The notes below the pieces were generated by a model that worked only from the letters and a program-made list of their open reading frames with translations, did no database searches and was not told where the DNA came from. Positions 38,869-49,500 of a stretch of DNA of 64,000 nt are shown here, in pieces. The stretch comes from an uncultured Christensenella sp. (GTDB taxonomy: Bacteria > Bacillota > Clostridia > Christensenellales > UBA3700). How positions within the stretch are numbered: the first letter of the stretch is position 1; each line of letters opens with the position of its first letter. The DNA lies in NCBI GenBank assembly GCA_949290515.1, contig CASERZ010000002.1:75221-139220 (forward strand), read 5' to 3'. The position numbers and the translations under genes were made by a program.

Positions 38869-40713
38869 CTAATTTTTATTACCGTCTTCTTTAGGGTGAA
38901 AATGGTCATAGATATTTTGCGCGCTGCGCCTGTCTATACCCTTGACAAGACAGAGGTCGTCCACACTCGCGTTTTTGATATTTTCGATATTTCTGAATGC
39001 GTCAAAGAGTGCCTTTACTCTCTTTGCTCCTACGCCTTCGATTGCAAGAAGTTTGCTGTGCGTCTGACGTTTTTGTCTGAGCTCTCTGTGGAACGTAATG
39101 GCAAATCTGTGCGCCTCGTCTCTTATCCTCTGCAAAACTTTTAGCGCATAGCTGTTGCGAGGTAATATTACGGGCTGAGAATTGTTAGGTAAAAAAACTT
39201 CCTCTTCTCTCTTGGCAAGTCCTATTACGTCGATATCTTTGACGCCTTTTGCCTCGAGAATTTCCATTACGCTGGAAAGCTGTCCTTTTCCGCCGTCTAT
39301 TACGAGAAGGTCGGGGCGCGAAGAAAAGCTCTCGTCTTCGCTCTCTTTCAACTCGTCGATTCGTCTTGTAATAGCTTCCTGAAGTCCCGCAAAGTCATCG
39401 TTGCCGAGTGCGTATTTCATCTTGAATTTGCGATAGTGCGAACGGCAAGGGCTTCCGTTGACGAATACTACCATTGACGCAACTTTGTCGGTACCCTGTA
39501 TATGAGATATATCGTAGCACTCCATTCTTACGGGCATTCTCGAAAGATGCAGATACTCTTCTAGCTGTATGATTGCACCCGTAGTCATATTGTCCTCTCT
39601 TTCTTTGAGAGAAAGCGATTTTTCCAGATAGTCCGAAGCGTTGCCCGCCGCCATATCGGCAAGCTGTCGTCTTACGCCCTGATGAGGAGTGATTACGTTT
39701 ACTTTGCTTCCCTTTTTGTAAGAAAGATATTCGCTCAGAAGCTCGGCATCGTCTACGGGAGTAGCGGTGACGACTTCGCTTGCTATATAGTTGATTTTAT
39801 CGTAATATGCCGTAATGAAGTTTTCGAGTACTACCCCGTTTTCGGGAGCGAGGTCGCTTACTACCTGTTTGTCCGAGCCTACCAGTTTACCTCCCCTTAC
39901 GAACAGCACTGCGACCACCGTATTGAGACCGTTGGCGGCGATAGCGAATATGTCGAGGTCGAAATCCTTAGGAAGTGCCGTAACCTGACGTCTTACCAGT
40001 TTGTCCAGTATCTCCAGTTTTTTGCGATAGAATATAGCCAGTTCGAAGTCCTCGTGCTCTGCCGCCGCCGTCATTTTTTCGGTGAGAAGCGCGGATACTT
40101 TTTTATCGTTGCCCGACAGAAAAGATATAACGTTGTCTATCTGTTTAGCGTACTCTTCTTTTGAGCATAATCCCGCACAAGGAGCAAGACAACGCTTTAT
40201 GTGATAGTTAAGACAGGGACGGTGATTTTTTGACAGTTTTTTAAAATCGTGATTGCACGAGCGAAGACAAAACGCACTCTCGACAAGCTCGGTGATATCC
40301 TTGCTGGTAATACCCTGCATATAAGGGCCGAAGTACTTGGAGCCGTCGTTTTTAAGTTTTCTCACTACCTCGACTTTGGGAAAGTCCTGTTTGAGATTGA
40401 TTTTGATAAAAGGATAGGATTTGTCGTCCTTGAGCAAAATATTGTAGGGAGGCACGTGCTTTTTGATGAGATTGTTTTCTAAGACAAGTGCCTCTATTTC
40501 GTTGCGCGTGATAATATACTCGAAGTCGGCAATCTTTTCTACAAGACGTATTGTCTTTTCCGTCTTGTTGGAGGAATTGGCAAAATACTGACTTACCCTG
40601 TTTTTGAGGTTTTTAGCCTTGCCTATGTAGAGTATCTGTCCGCTCGAGGACTTCATAATATATACGCCGCTGTTTGTCGGCAAATCTTTTAGTTTTTGCT
40701 TGATATCGGTCAT
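38869..40713 (-). CDS. uvrC: Excinuclease ABC subunit C
   Basis: 614 aa from ATG 40713 (MTDIKQKLKDLPTNSGVYIM). It has a GIY-YIG domain (GVYIMK...ILYIGKAKNL), a UvrBC motif, an endonuclease domain and a C-terminal HhH. Confidence 0.95.
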   Translation of the reverse strand: MTDIKQKLKDLPTNSGVYIMKSSSGQILYIGKAKNLKNRVSQYFANSSNKTEKTIRLVEKIADFEYIITRNEIEALVLENNLIKKHVPPYNILLKDDKSYPFIKINLKQDFPKVEVVRKLKNDGSKYFGPYMQGITSKDITELVESAFCLRSCNHDFKKLSKNHRPCLNYHIKRCLAPCAGLCSKEEYAKQIDNVISFLSGNDKKVSALLTEKMTAAAEHEDFELAIFYRKKLEILDKLVRRQVTALPKDFDLDIFAIAANGLNTVVAVLFVRGGKLVGSDKQVVSDLAPENGVVLENFITAYYDKINYIASEVVTATPVDDAELLSEYLSYKKGSKVNVITPHQGVRRQLADMAAGNASDYLEKSLSLKEREDNMTTGAIIQLEEYLHLSRMPVRMECYDISHIQGTDKVASMVVFVNGSPCRSHYRKFKMKYALGNDDFAGLQEAITRRIDELKESEDESFSSRPDLLVIDGGKGQLSSVMEILEAKGVKDIDVIGLAKREEEVFLPNNSQPVILPRNSYALKVLQRIRDEAHRFAITFHRELRQKRQTHSKLLAIEGVGAKRVKALFDAFRNIENIKNASVDDLCLVKGIDRRSAQNIYDHFHPKEDGNKN

Positions 40714-40719
40714 ACTTAG

Positions 40720-40748
40720 ATTATAGCACACAAGCCCTTCCGCCGCAA
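40720..40748 (-). promoter_or_regulatory. Promoter TTGCGG-17-TGcTATAAT placed 6 nt before the uvrC ATG
   Basis: On the minus strand the -35 is at 40743-40748, the -10 at 40720-40725 and the ATG at 40711-40713. No SD. Confidence 0.5.
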
Positions 40749-40785
40749 CTCAAATTATTACCCGCATACGCGAATATATTACAGC

Positions 40786-40812
40786 GCGAAAAACGGCTTA
40801 TTCAAGCCGTTT
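40786..40812 (-). terminator. Terminator after arsR-like gene
   Basis: Minus strand reads AAACGGCTT-GAAT-AAGCCGTTT followed by TTCGC, with the T-run partly inside the stem. Confidence 0.5.
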
Positions 40813-40881
40813 GAAAATCGACGTACCGAATACATTTTTTTGGCGTAACACCCCAAATTTTTAAACAAGAGCTAAACGCTT

Positions 40882-41214
40882 TTATACTGCGTTTTCCACG
40901 CCGAGGGTTATTGCTCTTTCCACGCTTTCGTTGACTATACGGTAAAAGACAATTTTGCCGTACCGTCTGCAACCTACGATTCCGTTATCTCTTAGCAATT
41001 TGAGCTGATGAGAGATTGTAGTCTGATTGAGCGAAAGGATATAACTCAAATCCCCCACGCACAATTCCATACTGCACAGCGCGCAAAGAATCTTAAGTCT
41101 GGTCCTGTCCGAAAATATAAAAAAGTAATCCGCCGCACTTGCGAGAATACCGTTTGGAGGCACGCAACCTCTCACAAAACTTTCCTGCTGTTCGTTGACT
41201 GTAAGACAAATCAT
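40882..41214 (-). CDS. ArsR/SmtB family metalloregulator
   Basis: 110 aa with the wHTH sequence RLKILCALCSMELCVGDLSYILSLNQTTISHQLKLLRDNGIV. AAGGAG lies upstream. Confidence 0.9.
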   Translation of the reverse strand: MICLTVNEQQESFVRGCVPPNGILASAADYFFIFSDRTRLKILCALCSMELCVGDLSYILSLNQTTISHQLKLLRDNGIVGCRRYGKIVFYRIVNESVERAITLGVENAV

Positions 41215-41312
41215 AAAAAACTCCTTTGAATTAAGTATAAACTTGTCACATTCGAAGATTTTCGGACATATTGTAGATTGATAAGGCTTTTTGACAATAA
41301 GGAGGTAAATTT

Positions 41313-41531
41313 ATGATAAATAATTGTTCGGGGCTTTTGCTTTTGGTCGCGCTGCTGAGTTACAACAACCGTTGCACGACAAATTCGTGCACTTCTTGTA
41401 ACAATTGCAACTGCAATTCGTGTAATTGCGGCTGCAACAACAACTACACTTCGCTCGGTATGGATGCGGGAATGCTCTGTCTTTTACTGGCGTTTATCAC
41501 GTGCGGCAGTTCGACTGTCAGTTCGACCTGA
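41313..41531 (+). CDS. Cys/Asn-rich small membrane protein (72 aa), function unknown
   Basis: AAGGAGG lies 7 nt upstream of the ATG, and a perfect 14-bp-stem terminator lies downstream. The product has two hydrophobic segments flanking RCTTNSCTSCNNCNCNSCNCGCNNNY. It is divergent from arsR. Confidence 0.6.
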   Translation: MINNCSGLLLLVALLSYNNRCTTNSCTSCNNCNCNSCNCGCNNNYTSLGMDAGMLCLLLAFITCGSSTVSST

Positions 41532-41554
41532 CAAGCGCGACGCTCCTTTTTAAC

Positions 41555-41586
41555 GACAAAAGACTTCCCGAAGGAAGTCTTTTGTC
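41555..41586. terminator. Bidirectional terminator (miniprotein gene / dnaJ)
   Basis: GACAAAAGACTTCC-CGAA-GGAAGTCTTTTGTC. Confidence 0.7.
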
Positions 41587-41639
41587 TCGTATATCGCATT
41601 GATTAAAATTAATTCGTAATTTAGAAAATCCTATTCGGC

Positions 41640-42764
41640 TCAGCCTCTCGCTTTCTTGACCTGAGGATATTGATTTGCCTGCAAGCTGTCTTCGAAGTCT
41701 TTAAGAAGCTTCAACTGTTTTGCATTAAGTCCTTTAGGCGTTTCGACTTTTATTATTACGTACAAATCGCCGTAACTTTCCTTTTGCAAAACTTTCATTC
41801 CGTAGCCTTTAAGTCTTATCTTGGTACCCGACTGAGTGCTTTCGGGAATTTTGCACTTAGCTTCGCCTTTCATTGTGTTGATAGTAATGGTATTGCCGCA
41901 AGCCGCATCGTAATATCCTATAGGCAAATCCATATACAGGTCATTGCCTACGCGCCTGAATTTGTCGCTCGCAGTCACTCCTATGGCAATTACGAGATTG
42001 CCCTTTCCGCCGCCGTTGCGACCGCAATTACCCTCGTTGCGGATAGTCATAGTCACGCCGTTGTCAACGCCTGCGGGAATATTGACTTTTATGCTGGCTT
42101 CCTTGCGCATATATCCGTTGCCTCGGCACATAGCGCACTTGTCGCCTACGATTTTACCGCTTCCTCCGCAATTGGAACATACAGTCTGCACTACTTGCTG
42201 ACCGAAAAGCGACTGCTGTACTTTACGCACGGTACCCGTACCTTTACAGTAAGGACATACCTTGATTGACGACGCGTCTTTTGCGCCGCTTCCTCCGCAA
42301 GTCGTACAAGTTTCGTCACGGTTGAGTTTTACGGTTTTGCTCGCGCCGTTGTATGCTTCTTCGAAAGTAAGGTTGATTTTGATATGAATATCTTCGCCCT
42401 GTTTAGGAGCATTGGGGTTTTTCCTGCCGAAACTTCCGCCGAAGAAAGAAGAAAGTATATCTTCAAAACCTCCGAAGCCTCCGCCTGAGCCGTCAAATCC
42501 GCCTCCGCCGAAACCGCCGAATCCCTGAGGTCCTTCCTCGCTGCCGTACTGGTCATAGTTGGCGCGCTTGTTTTTATCGCTCAGCACCTCGTAAGCGTGG
42601 TTGATTTCCTTGAATTGCGCTTCGGCTTTTTTCTTTTCCTCATCGGATGCCGTAGCGAATCTGTCGGGATGCAACTTGATAGCGAGTTTTCTGTAAGCTT
42701 TTTTTATCTCATCGTCGGTAGCCGTCTTGGGCACTCCCAGAATTTCGTATAAATCTTTTGCCAT
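41640..42764 (-). CDS. dnaJ: Molecular chaperone DnaJ
   Basis: 374 aa from ATG 42764 (MAKDLYEILGV). It has a J domain with HPD, a G/F region and four CxxCxGxG zinc motifs. Confidence 0.95.
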   Translation of the reverse strand: MAKDLYEILGVPKTATDDEIKKAYRKLAIKLHPDRFATASDEEKKKAEAQFKEINHAYEVLSDKNKRANYDQYGSEEGPQGFGGFGGGGFDGSGGGFGGFEDILSSFFGGSFGRKNPNAPKQGEDIHIKINLTFEEAYNGASKTVKLNRDETCTTCGGSGAKDASSIKVCPYCKGTGTVRKVQQSLFGQQVVQTVCSNCGGSGKIVGDKCAMCRGNGYMRKEASIKVNIPAGVDNGVTMTIRNEGNCGRNGGGKGNLVIAIGVTASDKFRRVGNDLYMDLPIGYYDAACGNTITINTMKGEAKCKIPESTQSGTKIRLKGYGMKVLQKESYGDLYVIIKVETPKGLNAKQLKLLKDFEDSLQANQYPQVKKARG

Positions 42765-42864
42765 ATAAATCCTTTGCCCTAACTTGGTTTTTGCCACTAG
42801 CCCTTAAAGGGCTAATGGCATCAACTCAGAAGGTTATTATTTACCGTCTTACGGTATGGTGAAA

Positions 42865-44697
42865 TCAGTTGTTGTCGATTATGATATCGTCGGGATTGGT
42901 TCCGTCATTCTTAGGCTCGTCATTGTTATTCTGAGCGTTTGCCTGAGCTTCTGCCTGCGCTGCCTGATAAAGCTTGGTGAAGATAGGAGCGTTGGCTTTG
43001 GTCATCTCGTCGATAATGCTTCTTACCTTTTCTGCGTCGGTAGCTTCTGCAAGGTCTTTCTTAGCCTTTTCGACAGCTTCCTTGAGAGTATTCTTGTCCT
43101 CATCGGTGAGTTTGTCTGCACTCTCTTCGAGAGCCTTTTCGGTAGCGTAAATCATCTGGTCGGCATCGTTCTTTGCGTCTACGAGGTCCTTACGCTTCTT
43201 GTCTTCCTCGGCATACTTCTCTGCTTCTTTTACAGCAGCGTCGATTTGGTCGTCGGAAAGGTTGGTCGAAGAAGTAATTGTTACGGATTGCTTTTTGCCG
43301 GTACCCTTGTCAACCGCGGTTACGTTAACGATACCGTTAGCGTCGATATCGAAAGTAACTTCGATTTGAGGGATACCTCTGGGTGCCGGGGGAATTCCGT
43401 CAAGCTGGAATCTTCCGAGTTCCTTATTGTCGTTAGCCATAGGTCTTTCACCCTGCAATACTCTGATGTCTACCGCGGTCTGGTTGTTTGCAGCCGTGGA
43501 GAATATCTGCGACTTGGAAGTAGGGATAGTCGTATTTCTCTCTATGAGTTTGGTGAATACTCCGCCCATAGTTTCGATACCCAAAGACAAAGGAGTTACG
43601 TCGAGAAGGACTACGTCCTTTACGTCGCCCGCAAGTACGCCGCCCTGAATAGCTGCGCCGAGAGCTACGCACTCGTCGGGGTTGATACCCTTGAAAGGCT
43701 CCTTGCCAGTAATGTTTCTTACTGCGTCTACGACTGCGGGAATTCTTGTCGAACCGCCTACGAGGATAACCTTTGACAAATCGCTTGCCGAGAGGTTAGC
43801 GTCCGCGAGGGCTTTCTTGAGAGGGATAAGCGTCTTGGATACGAGGTCGCTCGTCAAAGCGTCGAACTTAGCCTTGGTAAGCTCCATATCTATGTGCTTA
43901 GGCACACCGTCCACCATAGTAATGTAAGGCAAATTGATAGAAGTCTTTGTTACGCCGGAAAGTTCGATTTTAGCCTTTTCGGCGGCTTCTTTAATTCTCT
44001 GCATAGTAGCGTTGTCCTTGGAGAGGTCGATACCCTCTTTAGCCTTGAAGTCTGCTACGATATAATCCATAATCTTCTTGTCGAAGTCGTCGCCGCCGAG
44101 CATATTGTCGCCGCTGGTAGCCAAAACTTCGAATACGCCGTCCTCGATTTCGAGTACGGATACGTCGAACGTACCGCCGCCGAGGTCGTAAATCAAAACT
44201 TTCTGACCTTTGTTGTCGCCCTTGTCAAGGCCGTAAGCCAAAGCTGCCGCGGTAGGCTCGTTGATAATTCTCAATACTTCGAGACCTGCGATTTTACCTG
44301 CGTCCTTGGTAGCCTGTCTTTGAGAGTCGGTAAAGTATGCAGGTACGGTAATTACAGCCTGCGTAACCTTCTCGCCGAGATAAGCTTCAGCATCCTGCTT
44401 GAGTTTGGTCAAAATCATCGCGCTGATTTCCTGAGGGCTGTACGCCTTGCCGTCGATGTTTACTTTATAATCGCTACCCATATGTCTCTTGATAGAGGAA
44501 ACGGTTCTGTTGGCGTTGGCAACAGCCTGTCTTTTAGCAACCTGACCGACGAGTCTTTCGCCGTCCTTTGCAAAACCTACAACCGAAGGAGTAGTTCTCG
44601 CACCCTCGGGATTGGGAATAACGGTAGCTTCGCCGCCTTCCATAATTGCAACACACGAATTGGTAGTTCCCAAATCGATACCTATAATTTTGCTCAT
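42865..44697 (-). CDS. dnaK: Molecular chaperone DnaK
   Basis: 610 aa with Hsp70 signatures [18 protein letters not shown] and [11 protein letters not shown]. Confidence 0.97.
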   Translation of the reverse strand: MSKIIGIDLGTTNSCVAIMEGGEATVIPNPEGARTTPSVVGFAKDGERLVGQVAKRQAVANANRTVSSIKRHMGSDYKVNIDGKAYSPQEISAMILTKLKQDAEAYLGEKVTQAVITVPAYFTDSQRQATKDAGKIAGLEVLRIINEPTAAALAYGLDKGDNKGQKVLIYDLGGGTFDVSVLEIEDGVFEVLATSGDNMLGGDDFDKKIMDYIVADFKAKEGIDLSKDNATMQRIKEAAEKAKIELSGVTKTSINLPYITMVDGVPKHIDMELTKAKFDALTSDLVSKTLIPLKKALADANLSASDLSKVILVGGSTRIPAVVDAVRNITGKEPFKGINPDECVALGAAIQGGVLAGDVKDVVLLDVTPLSLGIETMGGVFTKLIERNTTIPTSKSQIFSTAANNQTAVDIRVLQGERPMANDNKELGRFQLDGIPPAPRGIPQIEVTFDIDANGIVNVTAVDKGTGKKQSVTITSSTNLSDDQIDAAVKEAEKYAEEDKKRKDLVDAKNDADQMIYATEKALEESADKLTDEDKNTLKEAVEKAKKDLAEATDAEKVRSIIDEMTKANAPIFTKLYQAAQAEAQANAQNNNDEPKNDGTNPDDIIIDNN

Positions 44698-44766
44698 ATT
44701 TATATCTCCTTTCGTAATTTCTTATTTATGCGCCACATAGTGGCGGGTTTGACTTGTTTGTTCTGT

Positions 44767-45264
44767 TTATTCGGCTACGATAACCATAGGGTGTCTCAAA
44801 ATCTTACCCTCTCTCGAATAGCCTTTTTTGACTACTTCGATAATCTTACCCGAATTTTCGCTGTCTTCTTTCTTCATTACGGCTTCGTGTTTGTTGGGGT
44901 CGAAAACTTCGCCTACGCAAACCATCTCTTCCACACCGTGTTTGGAAAGTATCGTCGTAAAAGCGTTTTTGACGAGTTCGATACCTTTGCGCTGTTCCTC
45001 TTCTTTCTGCGCGGCTATAGCCAAATCGAGATAGTCGAGTACGGGAAGTATTTCCGTTATGATATCGCCTACGCCCTGTGCGTACATAGTTGCCGACGTA
45101 GCAGCGTTACGCTTTTTGAAGTTATCGAAGTCTGCCTGAAGTCTCAGATATCTGTCATAAAGAGCATTGTATTTTTCGTCCTCATGAGGCTTTTGCTCCT
45201 CGACTTCTTCCTGTTGAGGTTTAAATTCCAAAATCTTTTCTTCCTCTTGCTTTTTGTTTGCCAT
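44767..45264 (-). CDS. grpE: Nucleotide exchange factor GrpE
   Basis: 165 aa with RLQADFDNFKKR and a C-terminal beta domain (GYSREGKILRHPMV). Confidence 0.93.
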   Translation of the reverse strand: MANKKQEEEKILEFKPQQEEVEEQKPHEDEKYNALYDRYLRLQADFDNFKKRNAATSATMYAQGVGDIITEILPVLDYLDLAIAAQKEEEQRKGIELVKNAFTTILSKHGVEEMVCVGEVFDPNKHEAVMKKEDSENSGKIIEVVKKGYSREGKILRHPMVIVAE

Positions 45265-45283
45265 TTTATCCTCCGTCCCGACT

Positions 45284-46288
45284 TCAATCGTCGAGATTGT
45301 CGATTATTTTTCCCAGCTGTTTGAGTACGCTGAGCACCTTTTTGTAGTCCATTCTTTCGGGTCCGATAACGCCTAACTGTCCGACTTCTTTTCCTTTGAT
45401 ATGATACTTCGCGCTGACGAGTGCCATATTGTCAAGTCCTTCGGCGTCCTCTTTGCCTATCTTTACAGAAAACTCTATATCCGCGTCGTCACTCAAAAGC
45501 TCTTTGAGTTTGTCTTTTTTGCCTACGATAGTCATAAAGTTTTTGACGTTGTCGACGTTTTTGGCTTCGGGATATTCGAATATCTTATCCGCGCCTTCTA
45601 CGTAAAGCTGTCCTTCTCTGCTCTTCTTATATTCGCTCAGAAGCTCGAACACGTCTTCGAAAATCTGTCTGAATTCCTTGAGTTCGCTGTCGAGGTCAAC
45701 TTGTGCCGCGAGTATCTGCGAAAGCGTCTTTCCTGCAAAACTCTTGGCAAGCAGAGTATTTGCAACCTCGATATAATTCCCTTCTATTCTGGGAAGTTTG
45801 ATTTCCTTGTCCTTGATTACTCCGCTGTCGGTTATGATAAGCACGAGCGCGTTACCGTCATACATATCCAAAAGCTTGATGTCCTTAATCGTAAGGGTAT
45901 CGCTGTTGGCAATCATAAGCATCGAAGTATAGTTGGTAGCGTCGCTGACGATTTTTGCGCCGTTTTTTACTATCTCGATAACGTTGTCACACTTTTGGGT
46001 AATTTCGTCTCTTATCTGGTCAAGGTCGATATCCTCGTCGTTGATAAAGTTTTCGACGTAATATTTGTAAGCCTTGGACGAAGGTACTCTGCCCGCGCTG
46101 ACGTGAGGCTGTATGAGATAACCCATTTCCTCGAGGTGCGAAAGCTCGCTCCTGATTGTCGCGGTAGAAACGTCGGGCAAATATTTTGCCTGAATAGCAC
46201 TGGACGAGATAGGCTCTACGCTCGTGATATAACTGTCCACCAACGCTTGCAACACTTTTCTTTTTCTTTCGGTAAGTTTATCGTCCAT
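45284..46288 (-). CDS. hrcA: Heat-inducible transcription repressor HrcA
   Basis: 334 aa from ATG 46288 (MDDKLTERKRKVLQALVDSYI) with AGGTGG upstream. A CIRCE element lies upstream. Confidence 0.93.
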   Translation of the reverse strand: MDDKLTERKRKVLQALVDSYITSVEPISSSAIQAKYLPDVSTATIRSELSHLEEMGYLIQPHVSAGRVPSSKAYKYYVENFINDEDIDLDQIRDEITQKCDNVIEIVKNGAKIVSDATNYTSMLMIANSDTLTIKDIKLLDMYDGNALVLIITDSGVIKDKEIKLPRIEGNYIEVANTLLAKSFAGKTLSQILAAQVDLDSELKEFRQIFEDVFELLSEYKKSREGQLYVEGADKIFEYPEAKNVDNVKNFMTIVGKKDKLKELLSDDADIEFSVKIGKEDAEGLDNMALVSAKYHIKGKEVGQLGVIGPERMDYKKVLSVLKQLGKIIDNLDD

Positions 46289-46322
46289 AATACCACCTGT
46301 TGGCAATCGGTTTTTACGTTTG

Positions 46323-46349
46323 TTAGCACTCGCGTATCTCGACTGCTAA
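46323..46349 (-). promoter_or_regulatory. CIRCE operator
   Basis: TTAGCACTC-GCGTATCTC-GACTGCTAA against consensus TTAGCACTC-N9-GAGTGCTAA, with one mismatch. Confidence 0.9.
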
Positions 46350-46353
46350 ATTC

Positions 46354-46381
46354 ATTATACTATATTATAGACAAAAGTCAA
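46354..46381 (-). promoter_or_regulatory. hrcA operon promoter TTGACT-16-TATAAT
   Basis: On the minus strand the -35 is at 46376-46381 and the -10 at 46354-46359, immediately upstream of CIRCE. Confidence 0.7.
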
Positions 46382-46494
46382 GTGCTTTATGTAAATATTT
46401 GATAAAATTTTCGGTCAATCAATTGTATTGATAAAGTTATATAATAATACCCGCTAAAATACCCGCGTACGATTTACCGCCTTAGAAAATCCGA

Positions 46495-46523
46495 CAAAAA
46501 AGACCCGTCCATTTGACGGGTCT
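46495..46523 (-). terminator. Terminator of the large surface-protein gene
   Basis: Minus strand reads AGACCCGTC-AAATG-GACGGGTCT followed by TTTTTT. Confidence 0.7.
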
Positions 46524-46561
46524 TATTAGGTAAATTACGGTGTTTGATATATCGCGGATAA

Positions 46562-49500
46562 TCACAATCTGCGCGACTTACGCTTCTTTACTACGTCTGC
46601 AACAGCCGCGCCTATAAGCGCAACCGCTATGACGGCGGGTATAATAAGCGCATAAAGAAGTGAGTCGGTATTTGCGTTGATTTCCTCTTCTGTCTCTGGA
46701 ATATACGAGATATAGTCGAGATTGATTACGTCTCCTTTTTCCGCGGGCATAATCTTTATGCTGTGCTCTCTCGTAGTATCGAAGTCGATTGCAAAAATCA
46801 GCGTATTGGTAACAGGAGTGGCATTATACAAATCAATAGTCGTATAATGCGAGCCGTCTACATACACGTCCATTTTTCCGTAGATACTGTCCTTTACTCC
46901 GTAAAGGCATATCTGTCTGCATACTGCGGTAAACGATATAACGGAATTATTGCCTACGCTTTGGCTGACGCTGCCGTTAAGACTGACGTATCCGAATACG
47001 TTATTCCAGCCGCCCATATACGAAAGCGAAGACGACGTATTGGCAACGATAGTGCTTTTTTCAAAGTGCTGTCCCGTCTTGAAGTCGGTGAACGCACACT
47101 CGAAAGTTTCGTCGGCAGAGATTACTATTTTTAAGTATCTTGCCGTTACGGGGGAATAACTTATGACGTTTACGCCCGCCTCGAGTTCGTATTCTCCGCC
47201 GTCGACAGCTACTTTCTTATACTTATCCGAAGCGTTTTTATCTGCGCCGAATATGCTGACTTTCGCACCCGCCATACTCTCCTTTACCGCAAACGAGAAG
47301 TATTCGGTACGTGTGCTTTTTCCCAAATCTATCACGAAAACGTATTCGTTTTTCTTGTCGTTGGCAACGTAATAGCTTGTCGACAAGCTGTCGAAAGCCT
47401 GATTGAGACCGCTGGTTACGACCGCTTGGGGATATTGCACAAAGTTCTTCTCGTTGATATCGTAACTCTGATAAAATTCGTCCATCTCAGTATAGCCGTC
47501 GGGATAAATGCTAGGAGGCTGATACTCTACGATATCGTCCTTTGTCAGTCCCCTGTATATCAAATACGAATCGTCAATGTCGCGAATGGTCTTATCTTCG
47601 CCGTCGTTGTATCTTATACCCAGCATTGCACTGCCTTCGCCTTTGGTGGAAAGCATATATATTTTGAATTCGTAAGTCTTGTTGCTGTCAAGCTCGATAT
47701 TGTAAGACAAATAATCCGTATAGTCCGTTACGGGCAAAGAATTGGCAAACATATCGAACATATATTTTTGCACGCCGAATTCCACCTGACACAATCCCGT
47801 GTTTTTGAGATAAATGGTATAGTTACCGCTCTCAGGCACGCTCATACAGCCGTCAGTAACCGTAAACACGTAAGTATTGTCGTCGCTGTCCTGCTCAGCG
47901 TCATCTTCGTATCGGTTGATACCTGCATAATCTATACTGCCGACGTGGTCGGGCTTACGCTTGGAATAACTCTGTATGGCATCCTCTAACGCCGTAGACA
48001 TATTGGAAAACGTCCAGCCTTCGTATACTTTGTATACAGCTGTCGATATATTGACGTTGAGTCTGCCGTAAAGCACTGCGGAATACTCACCGTTTTTCAA
48101 ATAGATTGTATAGTCGTCAACGAGTTTCGAAGTAATCGGATTATAATAGAATATTCCGTCTTCCTGAGTCCATCTCGTAGTGTCACTCTCCACCTTGTAT
48201 ACATTCCAGCCGTCCACGAAGGATATTATGCTGTTTTGGAAGTCAAAAGCAGTAGACTCTCCCATAGGCACGGTATATCCCAAATCGTAAAATTCGTTGT
48301 TACCGCCTACGGCGTATTTCGACTGCACGGGGATATAAACCTGCTTTCCTTTCATCTTGTCGACTGTCGATTGAGATAGTCCCATATCCTCAGTCAAACC
48401 TTGCCTGAACATTTCGAAGTAGAAAGTCATATCTCTCTGAAGAATCTTGCTCATAGACAGCGCAAACTCGTCGATTGTCATTTCTCCGTTTTCGCTTTCT
48501 TTGGAAGCGTGCGAATATTCTATGAGTATATCGAGCGTTTTATCCACGCCGAAACTGTGCAATATATTGATGAAAAAGGCTCTCATCACGTTCTGACTGT
48601 GATTTTCGTCCCTTTCGCTCTCCGGAACGGAAAGAAGTTCTATTGTTTTTTCAAGACAGGAATATGCGTTGTTGAGCCACGAATTCGTACTCTCGTACCC
48701 CGAATACGTCATCATAACACAGTCGATATTGGTGAGAATATCCACAATCATATCTACCGCGAACACGCCCTCGAAACCGCTTGACAAACCGACTTTCAAC
48801 TCGCAAATCTTATATAACAAATCCCACGACTTGCCGACTTTGAGATTTTCAAAGTCGAGTACGTTTTCAAAATAACTTGTGTTGATTTCTATTGCGCCTG
48901 TAGTCGCGTTAATCTGGGGCGTTTGTGAATAATCGCCTATGGCAACCCTGACAGAGTAATTACTCTTAAGGCTTACCATATCCGTAGCTTTATTGAGAAA
49001 AGTGACGGCAGACTGCCACCACAAAAGAGTATTGTACAAATCTTCTACTCTGCACTCGCCTTGGCTGTCGAAAAGCAAATCGCTCGGTACGTAAAATCTG
49101 ATATTTTCTCCGTCGAGGATTGAATATTTTCCGTCACCCACGTAAATATGCTCTGTCGTATCTCTGCCCATTCTGTAATAAGGCATAACTATACCGCCCT
49201 CGATAATTACGTCAAACGAATTGTCGGACGTAGCGGACGCAGGTACCCACAATTCTACTATACCGCCTTTTTCGCTCGTAATCTTCTTTTCGGTACTGTC
49301 TATAGGAGTGGAATTAGTACGGTCATAGACAAAAGAATTGAGCCTGAGTCTGTATCCCGCCTGAGCTATTTCGCTCGATACGTTGACCGTAAGCGTTTCC
49401 CCCGCGGGAAGATATACTCCTGTAAGGTGATATCCGCCTACTCGCGCGTCTACATTTACTCTCATCTTTACTCTTTCGACGTCCTTGAATTCCGTAGCAT

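Noticed and set aside
43894-45324. 476-aa plus-strand ORF
   Set aside because: It is antisense to dnaK and grpE, so it is a shadow ORF. The same applies to 42856-43776, 45401-46402, 20299-21381, 21743-22807, 37252-38229, 50883-51707, 52966-54267 and 59918-61633, which lie opposite dnaK, hrcA, the membrane gene, asd, cof, clpC, clpC/mcsB and ppdK.
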